64,000 nucleotides of DNA from Ginglymostoma cirratum (lineage: Eukaryota). The position numbers and the translations under genes were made by a program. The notes beneath the pieces are model-generated. The model had not been told where the DNA came from, searched no databases, and saw only the letters and a list, made by a program, of their open reading frames with translations. The stretch lies in the NCBI GenBank assembly GCA_024137785.1, contig JAHRHZ010000087.1:5751818-5815817 (forward strand), written 5' to 3'. How positions within the stretch are numbered: the stretch's first letter is position 1; every line of letters begins with the position of its first letter. Below, piece after piece: positions 40,008-53,262 of this stretch.

Positions 40008-42712
40008 ATATAGAGTCATACAGCGTGGAAACAGACCCTTCAGTCCAACGAGTCCATGCTGAACGTAATCCCAAACTAAGCTAATCCCACCTGCCTGCTT
40101 CTTGCCCATATCCCTCCAAACCTCCAGACCAATTACCTTTTAAATGTTGTAATTGTACCTGCATCCACCACTTCATCAGGAAGTTCATTCTATATGGCAA
40201 TCATGCTCTGTGTAAAAAATTTGCCTCATATGTCTTTTTTAAATCTCTCTCCTCTTACCTTAAAAATGTACCCCCTAGTCTTGAAATTCCCCATTTTAGG
40301 GAAAAGACAACTACCATCAACTCTATCTATAACTCTCATTATTTATAAACTTCTATCAGGTCACCTCTCAACCTCCTATGCTCCAGTGAAAAAAGTCCCA
40401 GACTATCCAGCCTTTCTTTATATCTCAAACCTTCCATACCCAGCAACATCCTGGTTAACCTTCTCTGAACCTTCTTCAGCTTGACAATATCCTTCCTATA
40501 ACTGGGCGACCAGAACTGGACACAGTATTCCAGAAGAGGCCTCACCAATGTCCCGTACAACCCCAACTTAATGTCACAACTCCTATACTCACAGGACGGA
40601 GCAATGAAGGCAAGTGTGCCAAATGCCATTTTAACTATCCTGTCTATATGTGATGCAAACTTTAAAGGATTATGTACCTGCACCCCTAGGTGCCTCTGTT
40701 CTACAACCCTACCCAAGGTCATACCATTAATTTTATAAGCCCTACCCTTGTTTGTTGTACCAAACTGGAATGCCTCACACTTATCCAGGTTGAATTCCAT
40801 CTGCTGTTTTTCAGCCCATTGACCCATTTGATCAAGATCCCTTTGTAATCTTAGAAAACCTTCTTCACTGTCTACAATGCCGGCAATTTTGGTGTCATCC
40901 ACGTACTTACCAACCACGCCTCCTATATTCTCATCCAAATCATTTACATAAATGACAAACAAAAGAGGACCCCGAACCGATCCCTGTAGAACACAGTTGG
41001 CCACAGGCCTCCAGTCCAAAAAGCAACCTTGTACCATTACTGTCTGTCTCCTGTTGTTAAGCCAATTATGTATCCAATCGGCAAGCTCACCCTGAATCCC
41101 ACATGACCTATCTTTTCTAATTAGTCTTCAACGTGGAACCTTGTCAAAGGCTTTACTGAAATCCAAATAAACAACGTCTACTGCTCTGCCATCATCAACC
41201 TTTTCCTCAAAAAACTCAATGAAGTTTGTGAGACGATTTTCCTCACACAAAACCATGTTGACTATCTCTAATCAATTTTTGCTTTTCTGAATGTCCATAA
41301 ATCTTGTCTTTTATAATTGCCTCCAACAATTTACCCACAGCCAAAGTCAGACTCACAGATCTATAGTTCCCCGGTTTCTCCTTATAACCTTTCTTAAACA
41401 AAGGTACAACATTAGCCACCCTCCAGTCATCAGGCACCTCATCTGTAGTTATAGATGATGCAAATATTTCTGCAAGGTGTCTCGTAATTTCCTCCCTTAC
41501 TTCCCACAACATTCTGGGATACATTTGATCAGGTTCTGGAGATTTATCCTCATTTATATTCTCTAACACCTCCCAGATGTCCTATTCTGTAATGTGAATG
41601 GTTTTTAAGACATCACAGTTTATTTCTCTGCATTCTCTAGATTCTATTTCATTCTCCACAATAAAAACTGATGCAAAATATTCATTTTGTATCTCTCCCA
41701 TCTCCTGGGGTTCAACACAAAGTTGACCTCCTTGCTCTTTAGGAGCCATCCCTCTCTTTAGTTACCCTCTTAGTCTTAATGTACTTGTAGAATTGCTTTG
41801 GATTATCCTTAACCTTATCTGCCAATGCTACCTCGAATCCTCTCTTTGCCTTCCTGATATCTCTCTTCAGAATGCCCCTACACTCTTGATATTGATTAGA
41901 GATTCAATTGAACCAAATTGTCTATATCTAAAAGAAATTCTGTTTTGTTCCTGACTTGAACCTCAATATCTTTATTCGTCCATTGTTTCGTAATCTTACC
42001 AGCCTTACCCTTCACTCTAACAGGAATAAAATGCCTCTGAACTCTCGTCATCACACTTTTGAACGTCTCCTACTTGTCAGACATCCTTTTACCTCTGAAC
42101 AGTCTATTCCAATCAACTTTTGAAAGTTCTTGTCTCAGAACATTGAAATTTGCCTTACTCCAACTAAGAACTTTAACATTCATGGAAGGCTTATGCTTTT
42201 CCATAACTCTTTATAAAGTAATAGAATTATGAGCTCTAGACCCAAAGTGTTCTCCCACTTTTACTTCAGTCACCTGCCCTGCCTTACTGCCCAAAAGAAG
42301 GTCTAATTTTACTCCTTTTCTAGTAGGAGCATCCACATATTGATAAAGAAAATTTTCTTGAGCACATTTGACAAATTCTTCACCATCCAAACCTTTAACA
42401 CTATAATAGTCCTAATCAATGTTTGGCAAATTAAAATCTCCCATTATTACAACCTTATTTTGTATACATTTATCCAAGGTCTCCCTACATACTTGTTTCT
42501 CATTTTCTCTCTTACTACTGGGGGGCCTATAGTACAATCTCATCAAAATGATCTTTCTTGTTTGTAATTCCTACCCATATATTTTCACTGGACGATTTTG
42601 CAGAAGTATCTTCCCTTGTTACAGCAGTAATGTACTTCTGAATCAAAAACACCACCACCCCCTCCTTTTTTGCTTCCTTTTCTATCCTTCCTATGACATC
42701 TAAAACCCTGTG
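40008..42712 (-). mobile_element. CR1 LINE, decayed ORF2 (partial APE + RT) with 3' UTR
   Basis: ORF 40339-41037 reads QGSVRGPLLFVIYVNDLD...YVDDTKI...RRLRGDLIEVYK. ORF 41243-41569 reads DWRVANVVPLFKKG..PGNYRSVSLT. The 3' UTR matches 3120-3230. Confidence 0.93.
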
Positions 42713-43984
42713 CACAAGTTTTTAAAGGGAATGTCTTAGGCACGAACATCATCAGCTGCTTCATTAATGAATGATCTTCCCTTAATCATAAGGCCAAGTG
42801 GGAAAGTTTGCTGATTGTGCAATGTTCAGCACCATTTGTGATTCCTCAGATACTGAAGCAGTCTATTTCCAAATGAAGCAAAAGCTGGACAATATCTAGG
42901 TTTAGGCTGAAAAGTGGCAAACAACATTTGTACCATATAAGTGCCAGGCACTGACCATCACCAGTAAGAGAATCTACCTTTGTTCTTTTACATTCAATGT
43001 CATTACAGTTTTGAATTCCTCAATATCAACATCCTGGGGGTTACCACTGACCAGAAACTAAAAGCCATGCAAATATAGTGGCTACAAGAGTAGGTCAGAA
43101 GCTGGAAATAATGCAGTGAATAACTCACATACTGACTCTCCAAGGCCTGTCCAGCATATACTAGGTAGATGTCAGGAGTGTGATGAAATACTCCACACTT
43201 GTCTGGAAGAGTGCAGCTACAACAACAGCCAAGAAGCTTGACACCATTAGGATGAAGCAGCTGTTTGATTGGCACTACATCCCCAAATACTTACTGCCTC
43301 CACCACTGATATTCAGTAGCAGCATTACGTTCTATAAAGATGTGCTATGCAAATTCACTAAGGTACCGTAGATAACACCTTCCAAACCCACAATCGCTAT
43401 CATCCAGAAGGACAGGGACAGAAGGTACATGGGAACACCTCCAACACCAATTTTTTCTCCAATATGCTCACCATCCTGACTTGGAAATATATCACGATTC
43501 CTTCAATGCCACTCGGTCAAAATCATGCAGCTCCCTCCCCAATAGTAATGAAGGTATACCAATTCCATATGGACTGCAGCAGTTCAAGAAGGCAGCTCAC
43601 CACCACCTTTTGGAGGGTAGGTGCAGATGGACAATAAACACACCCAGCCAGCAATGCTCACGTCCACAGAATTAATTAATAATATCCAAGGTATAATCTT
43701 TAGAATTAATGTGCTATCTACCAGCAAATTGTAAAGGTTTGTGCATGTAAATACTGGATGAGGATATGATGGAGCTGAACCGTTATGTCCTGTCCTTCCC
43801 ACAATAACAGAATTCATTGTCAGGGTAGCAGAATCTCCATATCTTATCTTCCTGAAAGAAGAAAATAAACAGATGCTGTAAAAATCCATTATTTGAATTG
43901 TGCCTTTGCACAAATGTTTATGGCCTATCAACTGGAGATCTTGAGGTGAAATGTGTTCTTGGACAGCAGTTTCATTGTTAGGCG

Positions 43985-44125
43985 ACCATAAGGCATAGGA
44001 GCAGAATTAGGCCATTCAGCCCATTAAGTCTGGTCCACATTCAATTAAAGCTGGTTTATTTCTCAATCCCATTCTCCTGTCGTCGCAGCCGTCTGCGGCA
44101 ATGAGTTCCACACATTCACCACCAG
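43985..44125 (-). mobile_element. Short CR1 3' end fragment
   Basis: accataaggcataggagcagaattaggccattcagccc matches 57602-57650. Confidence 0.75.
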
Positions 44126-45864
44126 TAACTGCCCATTGAAGGAATGTCTACAACCCTCTGCTTTTCTACTTCTCACTTTCTGTTCTTAAAATCTTGGTCA
44201 GAGGTATTTTGTTACCTTGTCGAATATCTCCTCCTTTGACAGTGTTTATGATTATATTTCTGAAATGTCTTGTGATTTTGTTCCATGTTGAAGGCAATGT
44301 ATGAATGTAAATTATTGATGCATTTAGGAGTACTGTTTAAAATGAAAACAATGTTTGTGTTTTGCTTTATGCAGGAAATGTTATAATATAGCTGAGACAG
44401 ACAGCTTGTACATCAGTGACATCCCATGTCCATTACAGATTGAATTCATTAGTTAAAACTCTGCAAGATGAGAACCCCTCTTGGGGGGTATGTTTTGCAA
44501 AATACCTTAATTGGAATAATGTTGTTGTTTTGAACTTGTATTCAAGATTAAATGGAATAGCATAACTCTTTAGTAAGATTTGAATCAACTTTATACTTAG
44601 CTATCGCAGTTCAAGTTTCAGCAATCACTTAACTTGTAGTCCTTGGAGTAATCTTGATGAAACCCAATTAAAATACCTTTGAATGACACACTCAATTTGA
44701 TGAGACATTTTGACGCAGAATTGTATTTCTACACTAGGTCTCAATGTAAATGAATGAAAAACCAGATGATCTATTTTGGTGGGTGTCAGTTAAGTAAGAA
44801 CTATTTGCCTGAACAACAGAATACTCCCCACTTATCAAGTACATAATACCATGGAAATTATTTTCATCTGTCCAAACAGGCCGACTGTTAGGAAGGGAGT
44901 TCCAGGACTTTTACCATCAAAGCCCCACCCTTTTTTGAGGTACCCCCATGTGCTACCAACTAAGCTATGATGATGAATTAAAGCTCAGCTCCTTTTGACA
45001 GACTTGAATCTCATGCAGGAACAGTTTTATTATACTTTAGCATTGCCATGTTGCTTATTTTCGCGTATGGTTTGGTCACATTCCATTTCCGAAGATTTTA
45101 ACTAGTTTGCTATAAGTCTGTGAAAATGTCGTTTAGTTGAGTGCCCGAATTTTTTTTTTGGGAGGGTGGTGGGGGGAAATATGCTATTTCTGAAGTAACG
45201 GTAGAAATTGCTTCACAAGTTAACAATTTCAAATTCAAATTTAATAACTGTGTACCTGGTTCCAAATTTATTATAGTAGTAACTGCATCCAACCTGGAAA
45301 TGCCTTTCATCTAACAATGGTATGTGTAAGTGAAATGGAATCTTGTAAAGGGATTTTTTTTTGTTAAAGAACCTCAATTCTAATGATCCATTCTTTTCAT
45401 TTGATTGGATGGGCTGTACTGTAACAGCCCCAATTGTTAATCTGCAATATATTCAGTTTCCAAAGGAAACTGCTAGAATTTGTTGCCCCATCAAACCATA
45501 TTTGTTTAAAAATAAAAGAAAAACTTTATAGTAGCTAATTTGCTTGTAAAAGAAGCTTGACTTATTAAATATGCTATGTCAGCAGGGAGTTGGCTTTGTT
45601 ATTTGGATTCTGGAGTGCTCAACCTAAAATTTTCCCTCTTGTTGGAAATAGGTGTTTATAGTATGGTCAGTCACTCACTTTTCTAGCATTTATGTACTTA
45701 GAAGAGATCTTAATGGCAGATGTACTGCTGAAATAATGACTGGAACTTTGGAGTCAGAAATGATTGAGTAAAGGCATTCGCCATTGACCTTGAGAAAAAC
45801 CTCACTAAAATCTACAGAGGTCTACTGTGCAGCATGTGGCAGAGCAGTGAGTTTTGTTTTGGTT

Positions 45865-46020
45865 TTAATGGGATGTGGATATTATTGGCAAGTCCAATAA
45901 TTTTCGTCCATCCCAAATTGCCCCCAAACTGAATGGTTTGCTTGGCTATTTCGGAGTTGAGTTAGGACTCAACAACATTGTGGATCTGAGTGACAGTCTG
46001 GAGTTGATAGGCCATTAGTG
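45865..46020 (-). mobile_element. SINE family 2 3' fragment
   Basis: gggatgtggatattattggc...gttaggactcaacaacattgtggatctgagtgaca is an antisense match to 61630-61725. Confidence 0.55.
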
Positions 46021-46197
46021 AGCAGAGTGAAGATGATGGAGAGTGACTGGGACACGGTGACAGTGATGAGGGAAACAGGGCCAAGAGTAAACAGGTACTG
46101 GGGAGACGGAGCATCTTTACCGGTGGCCTGGGCCCAGGCCCTGACACCTGTTTTAATGGCTAGCTCCGGGAGGAGTCACAGCTGGTACACATTCACC

Positions 46198-46482
46198 CAG
46201 GGCACTGAGGCCAGTGACTGACGCCCCTACACCCCCCAGAGGCACTGAGGACAGTGACTGATTCCTCTCCCCCCCCCAGAGGGCACTGAGGCCAGGGACT
46301 GATGCCACCTCCCCCTCAGAGGGCACAGAGGCCAGTGACTGATGCCAAGAAGGCAATGAAGCCAGTGGCTGATGCCCCTCCCCCCCTAGAGGGCACTGAG
46401 GCCAGTGACTGATTCCCTTCCCCCCCAGAGGGCACTGAGGCCAGTGAATGATGCCCCTCCCCCCAGGGCACTGAGGCCAGTT
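46198..46482. repeat. GC-rich minisatellite, about 7.5 units of ~30-40 bp
   Basis: The unit is AGAGGGCACTGAGGCCAGTGACTGATGCCCCT followed by a C run of variable length. Confidence 0.92.
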
Positions 46483-47574
46483 GCTTTCTCCCAAGGGCCC
46501 TGTCAGTTGTGCCATATTTCAGATGTCGTGCTCCCTCCCATTCTTAGACACTGATGTGGGATAACATTGAGATTGAATTGTCTGGGACCAATTGACCCTG
46601 AATTTGCAACTGTTTTTGTCCCTTGTATGTTTATACTGTCATCTCACAGCTGACTTTATGATTCCTGTTGCCTGATTTCAGCAGCAGACTTATCAGCTTT
46701 CAATTGTTGTGTTATTTGTTGGTGTGAGCAAACTTTTTTTCCCATCATACAAAGCAAAAAATTCCAGGAGAGTTACAGCATGGATGATATGCTGTCAACG
46801 CCATAATTGCTGGAAGTTTACACCTAAGCTTGGCTCTTACTTTTCATCCTTTAGGCTGCTCCTCAGAAACTCCATCATTGGCCATCCATTTGGCAACCTA
46901 TCCTCATATTTCTTCCCGTGTCTTAGTTTTAATTGTTATTTAATGTTTATATGAAATGCATTTGACATTGATAAAGATGCTGCATAAGTAATTGTTTCTC
47001 TTGATGCAGAGTAAAGCTTCTCCACATTGTATCTATCAAACACTCCCAGGACAGGTTAGATACAGAACAAGGCTTACTTGATGTTATCCCAACGGTGTAT
47101 CTTTGTCATAATGATATCCTCTGATCACGCATCCAGTTACTCGATCAGGCATCTATTCCCCTCACAGTTGGAGGCGGTCTTGTTGCATCACTCTGCACCA
47201 ACCAGGAATAGAATGGATCCTGCCACAGTCCATTGAGTCATCCTTAGCCAAGTTTCAATCGTGTCTTCACTGACTGTATCTCATTGTCTCATTTTGTACT
47301 TTAACCCCTATTGAGGATGGTTGACGTGCTTCCTGAAACTTGGTGATATTTTCTCCTGATGCCTAAGCTTGTGCAATCCTATCTGTTCTATAGTAATAGA
47401 CTAACACAGTCCCAACACTGTCCCAATGTCATTGCAGAGACAGATCTGTGTCCTCCAGTATTGTACCACAGTGTTACACATAGGAGCTTGTATTCACAAT
47501 GCTGCAACTTCTTTTATTTCTGAATTTAAAGAGGGTGCAGAAAAGAATCCTGCAGGTTTGAGGGAGTTCTCGAA

Positions 47575-48190
47575 CAGAGATAAATTGGAGTAGTTGTGCA
47601 GTTTTCTGGGAGAGAACATTGAGAAGAGATTTGATCGAGGTTTTCAAAATTGCGATGGGTCTGGACAGAACGGTTAGGGAGAACCTGTTCTCACTGGGGG
47701 AAGGACAAGCGGGCACAGATTTCAGGTGATTTACAAATGCATTAAGGGTATGAAAATGCATGAAAGCCCATTTTTACCCAGTTAGTGTCTGTGCTGTGGA
47801 AGGAACTATTGATAGTGTGATGAATTCAAATTCCTGGGGATGCGGGACTGATGTATGAGGAGAGATTGACTAGGTTAGAATTGCTTTCACTGGAGGTCAG
47901 ATGAATGAGGGGGATCTCAGAGAGACTTAAAGTTCTAACAGAACTAGATAGGGTAATGTTCCCGATGGTGGGTGTGTCCAGAACCAGGGGTCATAGTATG
48001 AGGATTCAGGGTAGACGATTTAGGACAGAGATGACGAGACATTCCTTTACCCTAAGAGTGGTGAGCCTGTGGAATTCATTACTACAGGAAGTAGTTGATA
48101 CCAAAACATTGAATGTATTCAAGAGGGGACTAGATATAACACTTGGGGCGAATGCGATCAAAGGTTATATGGAGAAGGCAGGATTAGGCT
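47575..48190 (+). mobile_element. Two adjacent CR1 3' fragments (about 47575-47830 and 47835-48190)
   Basis: Contains LRRDLIEVFKI codons, and ORF 47905-48240 reads SRTRGHSMRIQGRRFRTEM..F.LRVVSLWNSL. Confidence 0.8.
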
Positions 48191-48198
48191 GTAGAAAT

Positions 48199-48515
48199 AG
48201 ATGGCACAGTGGCTCTGTGGTTAGCACTGCAGCCTCATAGCACCAGGGACTTGGGTTCAATTCCACCCTCAGGTGACTGTCTATGTGGAGTTTGCACATT
48301 CTCCCCGTATCTGGGTGGGTTTCCTCCAGCTTCCTCCCACAGTCCAAAGATGTGTAGGTTAGGTGGATTGGTCATGCTAAATTGCCCATGGTGTTCAAGG
48401 ATATATGGATTAGGTGGGTTATGGGGTGATGGGTCTGGGTGGGATGCACTGAGGGTTGGTGTGGACTTGTTGGGCCAAAGGGCCTATTTCCACACTGTAG
48501 GGATTCTATGATGAT
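48199..48515 (+). mobile_element. HE1-like tRNA-derived SINE
   Basis: An A-box-like tggctctgtgg, B box GGTTCAATTCC, and the same body and tail as 24415. Confidence 0.88.
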
Positions 48516-51084
48516 TAGTGAACCAGTTGATCTTTACCACAGTTGGTGAATTTCATGGTCGCCAGATGAAATTTATCTTCCAGATTTTTGAATTAATTTA
48601 AACTTTCACAAGCCGATGTGGTCAGACATGTGCTTATTATCCCAAAACCTGGGTTCTTGAATTAATAGACCAGTGGCACCATCTCCCCTGTCAGACTGCA
48701 CCTTCAGAATTTCTGTGTTAATCTGCATTGTGCTCAATCTCGAAGTTGTGATCAACTTCAGGGGGCTTAGGGTGGGAATTATCAATTCCAAGCCATTAAT
48801 GTAAGGGTGGTAATTTTACTCTAGTTGGAAACAGAATTAGTCCAAATGACAACATTAATGTCTGTTCAAGTCACAATAATGCCAGAGGGGCTGAGTGGCC
48901 TAGTTCTGCTCTTAATTCATATATTCTTCCATCCTTCAACTTTCATGGGGCCATAGAGTCTCTTTGGTGTTAGTAAGTCACTGCCACTTTGCTCACAGGA
49001 GAATAATGTGCTGATGCCTGTACCAGCTGTGCCAGTATGCCTTGAAACATCCCATACCAACACAGCCAAGGAGAGGCAATAAAACAATGTGCCAATATGG
49101 GGAAAAAAAGTTCTGAAAAGTTTCTCTCCGAACATCTTCACCAGTCAAAACCAATTTGAGTGAGCAGAGAGATCACATGTCTATTATCTGTTAATCCAAT
49201 TACTTTCTGATTTCTTGCCCAGCAATGAACCGGTTCAGCTCACTGTCTTGAAGGGCACATAGAGAATCAGTACACAAAGCAGCAATGCTTTTCTGAGGAC
49301 AGCCATGTTCTGGAACAAAGAGACACACTGAACATTTCGCCTGTTTTGCACTTGCATAATTTGGTCCTCCAATCTGTGATCCTCCAAACTTATTTTATCA
49401 GTAGGCACGTATCCAGTTCTTTCATTATTGTACGCTATTGCTGTAAATGGTTTATAGTTGCTCGCTTGTTATATTTTTAGTGAAACTGGACACAAAGTCC
49501 AGCTAACCCCAGTGGAACATATTAAGTTTCTATGACCCACATTTTATTTTTAGCAATACTTAGCTGACAGGGAAGTTATTGTATGTTTTGCAACACAATC
49601 CCTTGTTAGAATATCTTCTTGAAGATTAAAAACCTGAAATATGGACTCTGCACCAATTTGAATGACTGAGGCTTTTCAACTCACTGAATGAAAGATAAGA
49701 TCAGAGACAAGGTTTGTGGCTGGCTATCTTTTGAACAGGAACACCATATAGTCTCAGTTATTGAAGTTTTGGAAACTTTGGAGTTTAATTGGTTGCCTTT
49801 GGCAGATCTTTCAGCAAGGATTAAGATGACATAGTGGAAAATGGAACATTTTCTGTATATGGTATAAGAAAACATGCCTGCCAGACTGTGTATTAAAATG
49901 CAGTACTTGAATGTTTACAAGGACTTAGAATGTTTGATAGCTGCTTCAAACATCATTAACAAGCTATTTGGGAAAAAAAAACAAATTTGTGAGCTCTGGA
50001 AAATTTTACTGTAGCTATTTACACAAAACCAGCACCAGATAAAATAAAGCAAAATGGTTCATTCAGCAGCACTGCAGGAATCACAAGATTTATCTTTGAG
50101 CTGCATGCATTATATCCATGCGTAATGACTAAACTTATTATACTGCTACATTTTATGTTCTGTGTTTCTCTTTTCACAACCAGTTCTTGCCACTGGGCTT
50201 GGTTTCCTTTTACCCTCCTATGCAGCAAAATCTGGTGAGAATGCAGGGGAGCTTAGCCATTCTGCTCCAAATCCAAACTGCTGAGTGCACTTTAAAATTG
50301 GATGTGGTATGGTCATCTGCTGGAATTGTTTCTAGTTTAATACCACAACCATGGTAGCTAAACTAATTTCAACCAACAAAGTAATGGAGTTATTACAGTG
50401 TCCCCATGTTAGATGGAAGAATTCCATCTTATTTCACTTCCTGTTTGCTGTCCTCTGGCCTCACTTCCTCAGATATTGTGTGTCTGTGAATATTGATAAG
50501 GACAAATGCCCTGCAAAATTGTTGCATGGTGTTGCCTAATTATGGTCATACGTGTAACATTGACTTATTCAAACCTAGAGTCATCATAATTGTGTTGAAT
50601 GGAACATGCATATTTTTAACCCCAGTAAAGACATCTCTGATGAAATTTCTAAGTTGTATGGCCTTTCCCTTTTAAATGCTTAGACCAATGGATAGACCAA
50701 CTTCATATTTAAGTAGATTTGGCAGGTAGTGGATCATAGCCCTTGTAACAGGATGGCCTTAAAAATAAATACTTTTTTAAGGATTCTTTTAGTTTTGACA
50801 ACAGATGTTTATGCAATATGCATGGCTTCCAGTCATATATCACGTGCCAGTTAGTTTACAGCAGTGTACAGAATTTATTTACGTCCTTGTGAAACTCTTA
50901 TGACATTTCTTACAATAAATTGACTTGGATATTACCAACACTCCCAATATAAAACATACAATTCTGCCGCTGAGAAATGTATTGAATTTAGCTGGTACCT
51001 TTTTAAGCGTTAAAAAGCTCATTTTAATTCAGGCGCTAAGATTAAATGGACTTCAGCTGGCAAAGCAGGCAGATTAAAATATGT

Positions 51085-53262
51085 AAAATAAAAACCAAAA
51101 GAACTGCAGACGCTGTAAATCAAACACAAACAGAAATTGCTGGAAAAGCTCAGCAGGTCTGGTAGAATCTGTGATGAGAAATCAGAGTTAACATTTCAGG
51201 TCGAGTGACCCTTCCACAGAACTTATGGTAGCTAGGAAAACGTCGGTTATATGCAGAAGACAGGGTGGGGGGAGGTGTAAGGAATAAACAATAGGTGGGG
51301 ATGGAGCCCAAAGAGAAGAACAGTTGGACAGACAAAGAAGTAGATAATGATCTGCAGGAGGGTGAATAGCTACTAATGGGTACTGTTAGTTACTAACAAT
51401 AGGTAGTGTGTAATATAAGACTATGTGATAACAAGCCCTGATATGTGGGAGTAGGGGTAAAGGACATAGGAGAGCTCAAGCCCTAAAATCATTACACTCA
51501 ATATTGAGTCTAGAAAGCTACAGGGTCCCCAAGTGGAAAATGAGGTGTTGTTCTTCCAGCTTGCACTGAGCTTCGCTGGAGCACTGCAGCAAGCCTGAGA
51601 CAGAGATGTTGGCCAGGGAATAAGATGGTGTGTTGAAGTGTCAGGCAACTGAAAACTCAGGATCTTTTTTGCGAACAGAACATAGGTGGTCTGGAAGTGG
51701 TCACCCAGTCTGTGCTTCATTACTCCAATGTAGAGGAGACTACATTGTAGGCAGCAAATGCAGTAGACTAGATTGTGGGAAATGAAGGTAAAGTGCTGCA
51801 TCACCTGGCAGGTATGTTTCGGCCCCTGGATACTGAGGAGGGAGAAAGTAAACAGACAGATTTGGCTGCAGGGGAAGGTGCCATGACGCTGTAGGTGGTT
51901 GTAGGGAGTAAAGGAAGAGTGGATCAGGGTGTCAAGGGAATGGTCCCTGTGGGAGGCTGACAAGGGAGGGGAGGGGAATTTGTGTCTGGTGGTGGCATCT
52001 CACTGGAGGTGGTGGAAATGGCAGTTAATGATCCTCTGGATGTGGATGCTGGTGGGATGGTAGGTGAGAATAAGGGGCACCCTATCGCTGTTGTGGGAGG
52101 GAAGAGAGGGGGTGAGGGCTGAAGTGCTGGGTGAGACCCGGCTGAGGGTTCTGTCAACAATGGTGCTGGTGTATCCTCAGATGAGGAAGAAGGTGGACAT
52201 TTTGGAGGCTGCCTTGTCAAAGTTAGCATCATCAGAACAGATGAGACGGAGGAACTGCAGAATGGAATAGAGTCTTTACAGGAGGCATGCTGTGAGAATG
52301 TATGGTCAAGGTAGCTGTGGGAATCAGTGTGTTTATATGAATATTGGTGGCCAGTCAGTCCCCAGAAATGGAAACAGAAATGTTGAGGAATGTCGATATA
52401 TTGGAGAAAGAGTTGTGGGTGGTGACTGGAATAGGACTGGAACAAGGAATGTTCCTTGCACCCCACAGAGACAGGCATAACTAGGGCCCATGTGGGTACC
52501 CATGGCCACCCCTCTGATCAGAAGAGAATGAGAGAAGTTAAAAGAAGTGTTTTTCAGGCTGAGGATGGGCTTGGTCAGGCGGAGGAGGGTGGTGGTGGGT
52601 GGGGACAGTTCAGACCTTTATTCCAAGAAGAGGCGGAGAGCCCTAAGACCATGCTGGTGGGGGATGGAAGTGTAAAGGAATTGCTCGTCCATGATAAAGA
52701 GGAGGTGGCTAGAGACTGCAAACTGGAAATTCTGAAACTGGTGTAAATTGTTAGAAGAGTCACAGATGTAAGAGGGAAGCAACTGGACCAGGGGAGAAAA
52801 GACCGAGTCATGATAGGAAGAGATGAGTTCTGTGGGGCAGGCGCAGGCAGAAGCAATGGCTCTGCGTGGACAGTCCTGTTTGTGGATTTTGGGAAGGAGG
52901 TAGAAGCGAGCTGTGCAGGGTTTGGGAACTATCAACTTGGAGGCGGTGGAGGGAAGATCACCAGATGAAATGAGGTTGGTGACCGTAGTTGACACAATGG
53001 CCTGATGTTCCATCATAGGATCATGGCCCAGGGGAGATAGGAGATATTTGAGAGCTGGTGCTCAGCCTCTGTGATGTAGAGGTCATTCCACCAGACAACA
53101 ATAGCACCACCCTTATCAGCAGGCTTAATTACAAAGTCAGGGTTGGATCTGAGAATGTGGAGTGCAGTCAGTTCCTGGGAGGATAGTTTGGAATGGTTAA
53201 GAGGGACAGAGAAATTGAGGCGACCTATGTCACATAGACAGTTCTCAATGAGCAGGGAGAGT
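51085..53262 (-). mobile_element. Penelope-like retrotransposon (family B parent), 5'-truncated, with decayed RT, GIY-YIG endonuclease and 3' UTR
   Basis: RT peptide ARFYLLPKIHK...FIMDEQFLYTSIPH and GIY-YIG peptide NLVYCICCLQCSLLYIGVMKHRLGDHF. The 3' terminus (51085-51222) matches the family B short copies. TSD GCAGATTAAA(A)TATGT lies at 51069-51084 and 53263-53277. Confidence 0.93.

Larger units (their letters stand above)
38985..43680 (+). mobile_element. Non-LTR family 2 LINE (38985-40010 and 42713-43680), split by SINE and CR1 insertions
   Basis: The RT reading resumes after the CR1 with decayed QGSVLGP/INDLP/FADD-like codons, then INILGVTTDQKL and MKYSTLVWKSAATTTAKKLDTI. The 3' tail is homologous to 27238-27300. 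Confidence 0.78.

Noticed and set aside
40339-41037. 232-aa reverse transcriptase ORF as an active gene
   Set aside because: It is a fragment of a frameshifted, 5'-truncated CR1 with altered motifs (YVDD, QGSVRGP).
46198-46482. CRISPR-like array (palindromic repeats)
   Set aside because: There are no unique spacers, only C runs, no cas genes, and the context is a eukaryotic intron.
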